Source of the DNA: Lama glama
Taxonomy: Eukaryota
Length of the DNA: 64,000 nt
NCBI GenBank assembly: GCA_028534125.1
Contig: CM052816.1
Span: forward strand, 43,340,001-43,404,000
Direction: 5' to 3'
Part shown: positions 14,951 through 26,343 of the stretch, one piece after another
Layout: every line of letters begins with the position of its first letter
How positions within the stretch are numbered: position 1 is the first letter of the stretch
The notes under the pieces: model-generated
Told to the model about the DNA's origin: nothing
The model's database searches: none
Seen by the model: the letters and a program-made list of their open reading frames with translations, nothing else
Translations under genes and position numbers: made by a program

Positions 14951-15540
14951 AAAATAAAAATCAGAAGAAAAAGAATTGCAAAATAAAAAAAGCGACAGAG
15001 ACATCCAAAGTAGGTCGAATAAATAATCCTCTTCTTTTCCTCTTTCTTGCTCCTTCTTCTGCTTCTTCTGCTATAACACACAGAGCTAGTTAAAAAAACC
15101 CTGGAGATCGCCCAAAAATGTTCTTTTTTTAGTATTTTAAATAAGTGCTCTTCAGCCGGGAACCAACACCCTCCCTCCAAAAAAATCGTATATGTATAAA
15201 ATAACGATAAGAAGAATACGAAGGGGGTGCCTCCTCCTCCTTTTTTTTTTTTTTAAGTTTAGCCCTCACTCTTTTTCAGGAATGGAGTGAAAGAGACAAG
15301 GAAGAAGGAGAAAAAGGATAGAAAGAAGAATACGAGGGAAACAACTAGTAGTATATGTAAGAAAAGAGGAGGAGAGAGGGCGAGAGAAGAGAGAAAGAGA
15401 GATTGAGAGAGAGAGAGAGAGAGGCGGAGGAGAGAGACAGAGAGAGAGAGAGAGAGAGGGAGAGGGAGAGAGAGAGAGAGAGAGAGACCCCAAAATTGAA
15501 TGCGTTTAAACGGGAGGACTCGCAGAGCAGTGTTTCCGAA
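13757..15540 (-). other. NR2F1: NR2F1 long 5' UTR (about 1.8 kb; TSS inferred from TATA position)
   Basis: GC-rich and pyrimidine-rich leader between the TATA-like box and the ATG; no intron assumed. Confidence 0.65.
15365..15487. repeat. (GA)n polypurine/polypyrimidine tract at the 5' end of the NR2F1 leader
   Basis: gagagagaga... with few interruptions. Confidence 0.95.
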
Positions 15541-15560
15541 AGGGGGATCTGCGCGAATGT

Positions 15561-15770
15561 CTGTATATAGTGAACTTTGACACTACTATTGAAACTGACA
15601 CGTTTCTATGGAGATCGCTGCCTTATATGGAGCTCGTGTCAAGGAGCCAAGAGAAGGGCTGCTGGCAACTGATAATCAAAGGCGACTGACTGGTCAGAGC
15701 CCTGAATCGGGGGGGAGAGAAAATGGGAGGCTAAGGTTAGCCAAGCCTCCCGCACGCCATTGGTTGGAGA
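15561..15770 (-). promoter_or_regulatory. NR2F1 core/proximal promoter: TATA-like CTATATA (15564-15570), DR1 (15571-15583), CArG box (15621-15630), CCAAT (15759-15763)
   Basis: Motifs read directly from sequence, upstream of the exon-1 CpG island; TATA-like and CCAAT are in NR2F1 orientation. Confidence 0.7.
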
Positions 15771-15962
15771 GCCCCTCCCCCTCCTCTTTTTCTTTCTTTC
15801 TTTTTTCCCCCCTCCCTCTTAGCTACCTACTGACGGGGATGGCGAGGGGAGGAGGAGAGAAAGTGAGGGAGGGGGGTGTGCTTCTGACAAGCGCAATTTA
15901 CATTGAGATCGCCCTGCGCTGCTATTTACTCTGAGACCTGATTAGTATGGGTCGTCTGTGGT

Positions 15963-15994
<32 letters not shown>

Positions 15995-16000
15995 CGCACG
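15963..16000. repeat. (CA)n microsatellite upstream of promoter
   Basis: cacacaca...cgcacacacgcacg. Confidence 0.95.
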
Positions 16001-16668
16001 CCAGAGGGGGAAGGGATGGCGAGGGGAAGAATGCTTTGCAATAGGTAAAAAGAGAATTAGAAGGAAATTATTTTGATTTCTTCTTAAAAGTTTGTAAAAT
16101 TAGGTTCTATGAGCGTGAAGAGTGTCATTGAAAATGTTAGGAACATTTTAAATGGGAATTAAACTCTTACCATTGTAATGATTCGTGAAATATACGGGGT
16201 TTGGATTGTTTTCCTCTTTCATATATAAGTGGATTCTGCTCCCTTTATATTCATTTAAGAAACAAAGTAGGGGACTCCGTATTTTTTGGTCCAAAGTATA
16301 TTTTGGTTTTAAAATTACAGCTTTAATTACAACAAAACGCACTCCTGGAATTTGCAGCTCTTGCCACCAAATCAATCCGAATCAACGGTTTCTCTTCATC
16401 CCAAAGATGATCTTAAAAATAAAGTTTTCAATCAATCTGATTTTTCCTTCTTTCTTCCTTTCCCCTTACTTTGGTATCTTCAGGCTGTTCCAAACTAAAC
16501 AACGCTTCAACAATTACTAATAAAACAGTAGTAAGTGCTGCTTATATTTTTTGGGGGAGGGGGGTTAGTGCAGTCAAATCTCAGTCCCACAAAAAGAGGA
16601 AAGGGGGGTGCGAGAGGGAAATAAGATGGGAGATGGGGGAGGGGAGGAGGGAGAAGGAAGGAAGGCAG

Positions 16669-16768
16669 NNNNNNNNNNNNNNNNNNNNNNNNNNNNNNNN
16701 NNNNNNNNNNNNNNNNNNNNNNNNNNNNNNNNNNNNNNNNNNNNNNNNNNNNNNNNNNNNNNNNNNNN
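16669..16768. other. Assembly gap (100 N, true size unknown)
   Basis: Run of exactly 100 n between G-rich flanks. Confidence 1.
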
Positions 16769-16826
16769 GAGGGGAGGGCGGGAGGAGCGGGTCCCGCCGC
16801 GAGGCCTGCAGGAATAGCTGGCTCCG

Positions 16827-16843
16827 GCTGCCACCTAGCGGAC
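16827..16843 (-). promoter_or_regulatory. Candidate CTCF site
   Basis: Minus strand GTCCGCTAGGTGGCAGC matches the core CCRSYAGRKGGCRS. Confidence 0.6.
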
Positions 16844-17614
16844 GGGAGCCGCGCCCGGGAGGCGCACAGTCGGGTCCCTCCTCCCCTCCCGGCAGGCTGC
16901 CTGTGCCTTTTCTCCAAATGAAGACAGCACTTTGAAAATTCTTTCAATGGATTTTTTTTTCCTTGAAAGATCGTACTGGGGGAAAATGATACTTCTATTA
17001 GTTACATATTCTCCAATCGCACACTCGCACCCCCCTCGTTTTGAGATCGCTCCCCTAGGCAGGCTCAGGCAGGAGTGGAGCGGCGCGGAGTGACAAAGCC
17101 GCCGCTGCCGCCGCCGGGGGTGGAAGCTGCGCCGGCCCGCCCGCCCCTCGACTCGGGAGAGCGTAAAAGTTTGTCTCAGCTCCAGCATCCCAAGCCTCAA
17201 CACGCCCTCAGGTAAATGTGGGAGTAAATGGCCACGCTATATTGACAGAGGTAGGGTTTTGTTTTATTTAAATACTCGTTCTCACTTTAAATTTCACCAG
17301 GGAGGGGTTTGGGAAGCGCTGCGTGTTTGGGGTGCGTTTTGTGCTTCCCGGGTTCTCTAGCCCACAAGTCAGGAGGCGACCGCTTAGTGACGAGAGACGG
17401 TTTTAAAGAGCAGAATAAAGGCTTTTCCGTGTCTGCCCCACAGCCCCTCCAGCTCGAATAATGAAGAGACAGTACACTCTGCAAGCGGCGGCCCATTGTA
17501 CGCAGCTGATGGAGAGGAGGCGAGGGGGGCCGGCAACGGCTCCTTGCTCTCTCCCCTCTCCCCAAATAAACGCTCTCAGTTAAAAGGTGAAATGAACACG
17601 ATTAAAAGACGGAC

Positions 17615-17654
17615 GAAAGAAAGAAAGAAAGAAAAGAAAGAAAGAAAAAGAAAA
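17615..17654. repeat. (GAAA)n simple repeat
   Basis: gaaagaaagaaagaaagaaaagaaag. Confidence 0.9.
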
Positions 17655-20600
17655 ATTGATTAAAAGAACGGGCTTTCTATTTATAAATTCTAAATTTTAC
17701 TCCCCAATATAGTACAGAGGCAGGCAGTGGAGGGCAGAGGAAGCAGGCAGAGAGAGGGAGACTGGGAGAAGGGAAGAGAACGTGGAGAGAGAGCCAGTGG
17801 AAGAGGAAGCGAGAGCGAGCGCCAGGGAACCGGAGGCCTCCTGGACACCCGGCCCGCGGGCCCAGACGCCCTCGGACCCTGGACCGGGAGTCGTGGGCAC
17901 CAGATGCGAGACTCGACTAAATCCTGCCCCACCAGGCAAGTACCGCAATGATTATCGTTTCTTTTGAACTCGGGGTTGATAACGCGGACAGGCCGGGAGG
18001 CAGCCTTTGCTCGCATGGCCTCTGCAGGCTGCGGCCGCAATCCAGTCAGCCGGTTCAGGATGAAAACAACTTTCTGCTGGGCCTGCTCCAGAGACCCTCA
18101 CCAGCCTCTGTCCCGCGGCAGCGCGGAGGCCAGGATCGCGGCCGCGGCGCCGCCCTGGAGCTGAGGATCCTACCAGTCAAAAGTCAGTCAAATTCAAAAC
18201 AGGTCTCCCGCACTCGCATTCTCTACCCCCACCCCCCACCAGCGGGAAACCGCTGCGGGGCTTCCAGCCTGGGGGCGGAAGATCCGGGGCGGCGGATCCA
18301 CAGGTTTGGCACCCGCGCCGCCGCCTCCACTGGTGCCGAACCGGAGCCGTGGTGAAGCCGGCTGCGGAGTCCGCCAGGCTGGCCCTGTTGCGCGGGCCCC
18401 GCCTGGCTGCAGCCAGGCCCTGGCGAGCTCGGGTTCCTGCCGCCCACCTGCGGATGCCGTTTGTAACGGGATCCCCTAACGTAACGCGATCGATGGCTGC
18501 CTGTTTGATGTGGGCGATAGTGTCAGCGGATTAAAAAGGACACCAAACCGCTCTCCCCAGCGGAGAACACGCGGCGGCGGCGGCGGCAGCTAGGCGAGAG
18601 AGCACCAGCCCCGCAGCCCTGCCAGACTCCTCGCGCCGCAGCCAGAGGGCTGGGGGCGGGGAGGGGTCACTTCCCAGGGGTGAGGGCCGAGCGGGTGTGT
18701 AAGAAGGGAAGAGCTTCAATTAAAGCCAAAGAGAGCGCTCTCCTCGGCGCTGGGCAGGGGCGCGCGTTTGCGTCAGAGGGCGCGCGGGGCGGGCGCGGGG
18801 GGCGGGGGAGCCGACGCCCGGGGCCGCGCCCTGGGGCTGGGTGGGCGCGGGAAGGAGCCAGCCAAGCAGTGCTGGCCTCGGTTCGGCCTTGCAGGCTAGG
18901 GGCAAGGCGTGGCAGAGGGCGAGCTAAGACTTCACCAGAGTGGCAGCGCCCACTCACCCTCACGTGGGCTCTTCATGCCAGCCCCCACCTTCAGCTTCCA
19001 AACTTGGAAGAGGCCCCTGGGATCGGGAGTGACCCTGGGGATGGGAAGAAGCGGAGCCCCTGAGAGGTCTCAGGCAAAGCCGCCCGCGTCTCCGGAAGGG
19101 AAGGAGGGGGTACAGCCCCTGGCCTCAGTCCCGGAAGTGGGGGGGGGGCTCTGGGTGGCGGTGCCCGGAGCAGTGGAAACCCTTCGCTTTGCGAAGCAGG
19201 AGAACAGAGCGCGTTCCTGCAGCGCATATGCTCAACTTTCTGTCGTGAGAGGGAACAGAAAGAAACCAAGGCTTTTCGGGGAGAGGCGCTGTCCCCTTCT
19301 TGGACTTGGCTAGCCCAAGAGGCACTCTGGGCTCAGTTTCTCTTCGGGACCTTCTTTCTGTTCCCCGACCGCTTTTGCTCATCCGCAGAGTGCCTCCACT
19401 TGTGCTCACAGCTCCACCCCCGGCAAAATGGCTTCCGTGGAGGGACCCAGGGGTCAGCTCAGGTCCTGGGGGAGCTGTGGCTTTCTCTCTACGAGGCTGT
19501 CGTTTGTTACTGGTTCAACTTGGCACACTGGTCCTGAGGCCTGGTGTGCCCCACCCCCAACCAGGAGATAGTATCTGTTGTTGGGGAGGGCACCTAATAG
19601 AAAAGTGATCATATTTTGCGGTACTAAAACTGAAATTTCACACATGCGTCCAGGCACGATCAGCTGCAGAAGCAGAAAAACAGTTGGAATTCCCATCTTT
19701 CTTTCATTCATCCTCTCTTCTCCAGATCTCTCTCCGTCCCTTCTGGCCCAAGCCCTTGTTTTCTGGGACTTGTAACTGAATCTCAGTGCGTAGACTTGGC
19801 TCTTGGACCCAGATCCACTGTGGCCCTCGCTTCAGCACCCTACTTGAGACTGTGGGCATGGTAGCCATATATACGGCCCTCTCCAAGGTTTCTCTCTCTT
19901 GGTTAGGTCAATGTAGAGACAAGAAAAGCCTCTCCAGGGCCTGGACTCCGACTCACTTCTCAAGTCTTTGTCTGCCCTCCTGGTCCCCATAGGCCAGTTT
20001 AGTGCATGCACAGTCTCCACCGTGGGTTTCCCAAAAGACTAGAGAAGGTACCCCTCCACTTGGGGAAGAGGAATCAGTCTGTAAGCTTACAATACCCCTT
20101 GTGGTTTGCTAGCATCATGGCTCAGCCTTAATCACTTTTTAAAAGCCTTCCACACAACACTTGTTCTTTCCTAGCTGGACAGCCAATAAACAGTTGTGAC
20201 CTGGTGGGAGAAGGAGAGAAGCAGAGATCTGTGGCTGCACATGCAGTATGACTTGCATTCCAGGTACCAGAGTCCATTTCCAGGCAGACTTTCTAGTTAA
20301 CACCCCCTCCTCACTATCTTTCTTTCTACTAAGGCTGGAATCATTCTTCACTAATCCTATGACCTCTTTAATATTGGCAATTTGCTGTCTCCAAACTCAC
20401 CAGAACATTTATTTTGGTTTTTTGGTAAATCACAGTGAAAAAAAGGTGGCTTTGTAAAAATGTTTTCTAAATTTGGCTCAAGAGCCATGAGATCCTACAA
20501 ATGACCAGATATGTGCAGAAAATTCTCTCCTATACCACTTTCTTACCCCCTAAATTGTTAAAAAAATAAAGTATTATTCTGTTTAGAGAGACCACAGAAC

Positions 20601-23600
20601 TAACTCTGTTTTATCAAGCCCATCTGGAGAGATGAACATGCCTTCAGTTGTTAGGAGAAAGGTCAGTTCTTCTGATCTTATTGCAGACCTTTCCCAAAGA
20701 GCTTATTTTAAAGGTGCCGAATCAATTAGTCTCCCTTGGTATGAGATTAAGGCTGTGAAAAATGAAGTTGAAGAAGATGTATTTAAAATGGTCTTGCACA
20801 GATCTTTTGAAGAAAAGGGTGGAGGGCGGCACAGAAATGCCTGCATAATGTTTTGTGATTATTAAAAACAAGACCCCAAACAAACAAACAAACAAACAAA
20901 AGCCTTGCCTATGTCAGAAACCACCCCTTTTTGCAAGGCTGAACTCAGTCTGAATTGTGGCTGCCCAGCTGTAAAAAGTACTGTCTTTGTCAACATGAAG
21001 ACAAGAGTGGAAAGGCCAAGCTGGAGGCTTCTGCTGGGCTGCCTGCCCTCAGCCTGCCCATGCAGTGGGAATTTGGGTCCAACAGGCTCTCGCACTCACT
21101 ATCACTTTGCTGTAGCCTTAGCTTTTCTTCTTTGTCACCTTGGGGGTCGAAATGTCCAGAGATAAGTGCTTTACCGTAGAAAGCAGTTTAGTTTTCTATC
21201 ACAGACTGGCCAGTTAAAGCAGGTGTTTTGGAAAAAGAGAGGTAAGGGAAACACTTGCCCTTTCTGCTGGGGCCCTAGTTAGAGGGCCCAGGAGTCGCTG
21301 TGGGGAGAGGAGAGCAAGTGTTGACGTTTGGATGCAAATCAAGCCTTTTAAGGGAAGAAGAGTGACAATCATTCTCAGCACACACGTGAAGCCCGGGTCA
21401 AATATTTACTTTTCGGAAAAATCAAGCCTTAGCTATCAAAATGCATTTATGCAAAAAGAAAAAACTGAAGACTTTTGCATTACAAAATGTCGTTCTTTAT
21501 TTTAAATGTTTAATTTGAGTGAAGAATAACTGGCTCTTCTTCCGAAGGAAAATGAGTTGAGTTTGGATGAAAAATGGAAGTTTTGAAATGAGTTTGAAGC
21601 TTGTTAAAGTACCTTGACAATACCACCAACTACAGTATATAATAATTTCCCTTAATAGTTACCTGTCAGAGCACCTATTTCTTTTACTACCGCATTAGCC
21701 CATTAGAAGTGGATGTGAGTTGGGCATTCACTGATTAAAAAACTGTTCCAATATACTTAAGTCTTCAAAGCCACTTTCTTCACTGCCTATAGAGTAAACT
21801 GAACTAGTGGAAAAGTATTGGCTGATGAAGTCAGCAGATCTGTTGGTAACTATGGTCATGCTACAATCCTATTTTACCTATCAGAAGTTTGATGTAAGTA
21901 ATAAACCAAACATTTTCTTCTAAACTATCAGTGTAAAAATATGATTTTTACAGTGTCTTCCATCAGCAGGGGAGAGGGAGACAAGGCAAAGTTTAAGTGA
22001 AAAAGAATGAACATAGTACACCACTGATACAAACCACATGGAGCAGTAAATAATTATGCTCTCTGATGTACTATGTAAATTTTATTTACCCACTTCAGAG
22101 TTGGACAATAAACCTAGCCCATCTATGGGAAGAGTTAATAAAGTATTCCAAGTGCATGATCTAACAAAACTCAGCAATAGTTCTATGTTTTATTGTTAAC
22201 CCTTTGCATGAAATCTTCTGAAGCTGAAAAGAAAAAGGAAAGGGCTTTTGTGTTAGTTGATCCTTGGCTATTCTAGGGCTCAGGTTGGTGTGAAAGGGAT
22301 GAGGAGGTCACTTGAAATCTCCTTTTATCTACTCTTATTTTCTCTCTGGATCAGCAACTTTGAATAGACATCATCTAATCGCTCTTAATGGAAAGAAACT
22401 ATGGGAGCAATGAAAATGCCTTTACTCCAGAAGTGAATACATGAGTGCTGTGCGGACAGCTAGCTGAGCTTGCATAGGACTACATCTCTGCACACATGTG
22501 TTTAGAGATTTTTCAGGCTATGTGGATGTTCACATAAATGCTTCCCATACATTCTGGGTTGGGGATTGATTGAGTGGGTTATTTTGCCTTTACATGTAAG
22601 TTTGCACACACACTCACGTTCGGATTCTCCACCAAGCCCAGGTGATACTTTTAGCTGACTCTTTTTTCAGCTTTTTCTTGCCTCCTCTCTCTGGGATGTC
22701 ATATTTAAGTCCTGAAAAAAAGCAAATAATTGAAGACATGATGGACAGCCTTTTAGTGAAGATGTCTTATTTCCTTTCCGTTTTCAACTGGAAGCCACAC
22801 TGACCGGAGGATTTCTCTTCAGAGGGAGGAGATTGTGTGACAGGTGGGAGGTGATGGGGTAAGATGACACCATTACTTTCGATTTCTCCCCAGTATTTTT
22901 TCTTTTTGGTTTTTCTTGGAATTAAATTGATTAAAACACAATAAATAATTGGAAAACAAGAGCCTGACATTAGGCAGTTTAAAAGTTTTTCTTACTATAG
23001 ATAACATATCTTTAAGTCTTTGAAGCTGAGTAATTGATTATAATTTGTTTTGAAGTGAGAATTATTTTAGTATGTCTCATATCTTGACTACAGTACCATC
23101 TAAGTTGTCTTCCTTATGCATTGTTGTATGTGCTTCATAAAGCAGAAACAGCCCTCAGATTTTTAGGTATGAATGGCTATCCAGAAAAGGACATTTGGTT
23201 TCTAGGACTGAAAGCACTGGGCTTTACTCCCTAGGAAGCCATTCTCCACCCCCACATCCCCCCCTCCTCCGCCATCCCATGTTCTTCTAAATAAAATTCA
23301 CATTGCTCCCAGAGCCTGGGACACTTCGCTGTAAATTCCTTTAAGGGAATACTCGGTTACCAGGGCTACAAGTTCCCATCTCAACCCGCCAACCTCCCCG
23401 CCCCTTGCTCCAGATCCCGGAGACCCTTGGCTGTCAGGGCTGGGACCTTGGGCCCCCTCCCCTCCTACCCCCAGCCTACCCGAGATCGCAGTTCCAGAGT
23501 TCGAGGTTGGGTGGGAGAGGATTAATCCCTCTTTAACTCCTCTCCTTCCCGCCCTCAATTCTGAACCCCAACGAATCCGTTTCCCGGGGTTTCCTGGTGA

Positions 23601-25499
23601 ATAGGAGCGTAGGAGCTGCCCTGTCCAATAAAGATTAAATTAAGTAGAAGAATCCCAGCCGCTGGATGTTTGGAAGCTTCGGTGGGGCGTCAAACCATCG
23701 TTTAACACATTTTTTCCACTCACTGTGCACAAATCTTGGACCTGTTTGGCTTAACTTTAGAAAGAAAAGAAGAAAAAAGACAAGGAAAGAAAGAAGGGAA
23801 AAAATGAAAAGAAAAAGCAAAGAAAGAAATTCACAGAGAAAACCTAGTTTTAAGGGGACAGTGGCTGTGCTGGGAGAGGCTGAAGGCAGAAGCAGGGCTT
23901 CCTGACCTTTCTAGTCTTTTCATTTTCTGAACCACTCCAAGAATTGGAAGCTCCCTCTCCAGGCTGTGGGCTCGGAATTCTGCTGTTTTGGCATGTCTGA
24001 GTCTACTTTTACGCCTTAGAGACATCTCAGTGGCCCAGGGTCACGATTGGGAGTGCAGCAGGAAGGATGTACTCAGAACCCAGTTGCTCCTCTATGCTGA
24101 TTTTTTTTCTTTTACACTAAGGTTTTGGTGGCACAAACTGAGAACTGAGCAGTTTTTTTCCCCCTGGTTACTGCCCAGCAGGAGAAACAATGGCTTTTTC
24201 TGTCCCAGGGCGCTTAGCGCCCTGGACACTGACCTTGAAGCTGAAGCCAGGCCCCGCGCTCCCTCCCCTGGGAACCATCCTGGTTCCAAAATATTGGCCT
24301 CTCACTCCCACCTGCTCTTCTAGTCCCAGGGCGCAGTCCGGAGGGGCAAAAGGCAAGTCCCTGCATGGCAATGGTTCGTCTGTGCAAATAAAACACTGAA
24401 TAAATTAACCTCAAACCAGCTAGTTAGGGTGTAGTAGTTTAGCAGGACTAATTGCAGACAATGGAGCTGCAATGACTTTTCCAATTAGCTGCTGGTTGGA
24501 GTTTAGTTGGAGGAACTGTCAGCTCCAACGATGGGTAATTGCTTTATTGCTCACAAAACTATCATCTATTTAGAACATATGTGCTAATTACTCTAGATGG
24601 GCGTCGAAAAAGAGACCATAAATCTAATAGCACTTTAAAAAGTCTTTGGTGCTTGTAGGCAACCCCAGCCCCTTGCACTTTTTCTCCTGCTCAGGTTGGC
24701 GTGATGGATGGCTGTCTTTCAGAAAGGCGAAGGTTTGGGCTGGAGGCACCGACGGGATGCTCTGGTCAAATCGCATGCAGGATAGCGAGTGACCAGCGCA
24801 TGCTGTGCTGAAGCGATAAATCACTGTCATCAAAACCAGTCCCCTCTTTAGCCGCGCATTTTTTTTCGTAAAAGATTACTTTAGAAATCTTTTAATTGGA
24901 TTATGCTGGGAAATTAATCTCCTTTAGCCTTGGCTAAATTTATTGGGGCCACTATTGGGAGGAAAAGCCCTGTAACTGCAGCGGGGGCCACGTCTCCTTA
25001 CTCCCTCCTTATCTCGGCCCTCCAGGGTTTCCCAGTTGCGTGCCACAGCCCTGCTCCAAGTCCTCAGGAGTGATATGTGGTGAGAGGGAGTGGAAAGTCA
25101 CATCTAGGCAGAAGGCCGTGGCGATCTCTGGTGAATCTTCTTTGTCCTAAAACGCCACGTTTCTGTCTAGGATTCCCTAGCTCCATATCCAGTGTCTCCA
25201 CAGCACCGCGCCTTCCTCCACAAGGGGTTCTGGGGGCCTGCTATCAGGGAGGAAGGAGGCTGGAGTGGAGGGAAGAGGAAGTGGGGTGTGTCGCTGGAGG
25301 GTTGCCAGGGAAAGTCACTTCTTTGCCCTCTTCCCATACCTCCCCGGTCTCCCTTCTGGATCTCCGGCAGGTTGCTAGGGCATTTCGAAATACTCTCCAC
25401 TTTACTTTCCTGCGCAAAGACGCACGGCTCGCTCTTGGCGTTTCCCCTGGCATAACTCTGGAGACACTTCTCCTTGATGTGCACAGCAGTTGAGATTCG

Positions 25500-26284
25500 A
25501 GAGCTAGGGCCCTCCTCTCTCCTCCTGGCTCCTGGAGCACCAACTAGACGTCAGGAGGGGCCTCCCTTCCAGCCCCGCGACCACAGTCCTTAGCCAGGTC
25601 CAGCACAGCTCTGGCAGCTGCGGCAGCTGCGGTCGGGTCCCGCCGGCCGCTTATCTCAGCAGGAGTTGACAACATCTGCCTGAAACGGGATACCCACTTT
25701 TGCAGCTCAATTTAGCTCTTAATAGCAGCCCTGTGAGGTGTGGTTAATTGATGGGGATAAAGGCGTAATGACTTGACGGGGAGACGCCAATGATCCTTTA
25801 ATATACTTTTAGAAGAACAACAACCACCCCAAATACCGGCGAGTCACTGCTGGGTGGGAGGATAAGACCGGGATCAGGAGGCCAGTAAAGTGACACCGGT
25901 GCTGTTTAGATAGAGGCTTCAGTGAGGTGTGAGCCCTGGCGCTCAGGGTTGGGGCACCCGGGAGCCACCAGGGCGCGCAGCTCCGGCTGGCAGGGTGTTG
26001 TCGCATGGTCGCAGAGAGCGGGGCAGGAGGACCTGGCAAGCTCGGGATGACAGGTGACCGGACCTAATGGCGAAGAGGAGCCCTGAGCCAGGGAGGACGT
26101 CGCCCCTCCCGGGGCTCTGCCACTTTATCAGCTCTTCCCCAGCGCGGGGATGGAGCCCCACTAGACAGGCACCTTCGTCTGCCCTCCAGCCCTGGCTAGA
26201 GCCACACCAGCGAGAGTGAAATGGTCAAGTGGTGGTGCTCGGCTGGAACTCACAGGGTTCCGCTGTCTGGACAGCCTCTGAGAT

Positions 26285-26343
<59 letters not shown>

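Larger units (their letters stand above)
16770..19350. other. Upstream CpG island (candidate divergent lncRNA promoter region)
   Basis: Dense CG; contains + strand TATA-like and splice-donor motifs. Confidence 0.8.

Noticed and set aside
13460..14957. Long + strand ORFs (494, 323, 304 aa) antisense to exon 1 and the 5' UTR
   Set aside because: Low-complexity Pro/Arg/Ala/Gly shadow frames of a stop-poor CpG island; no recognisable domain.
20658..20665. Isolated AAAGGTCA (NBRE) octamers here and at 23903
   Set aside because: Single 8-mers are expected by chance in 64 kb.
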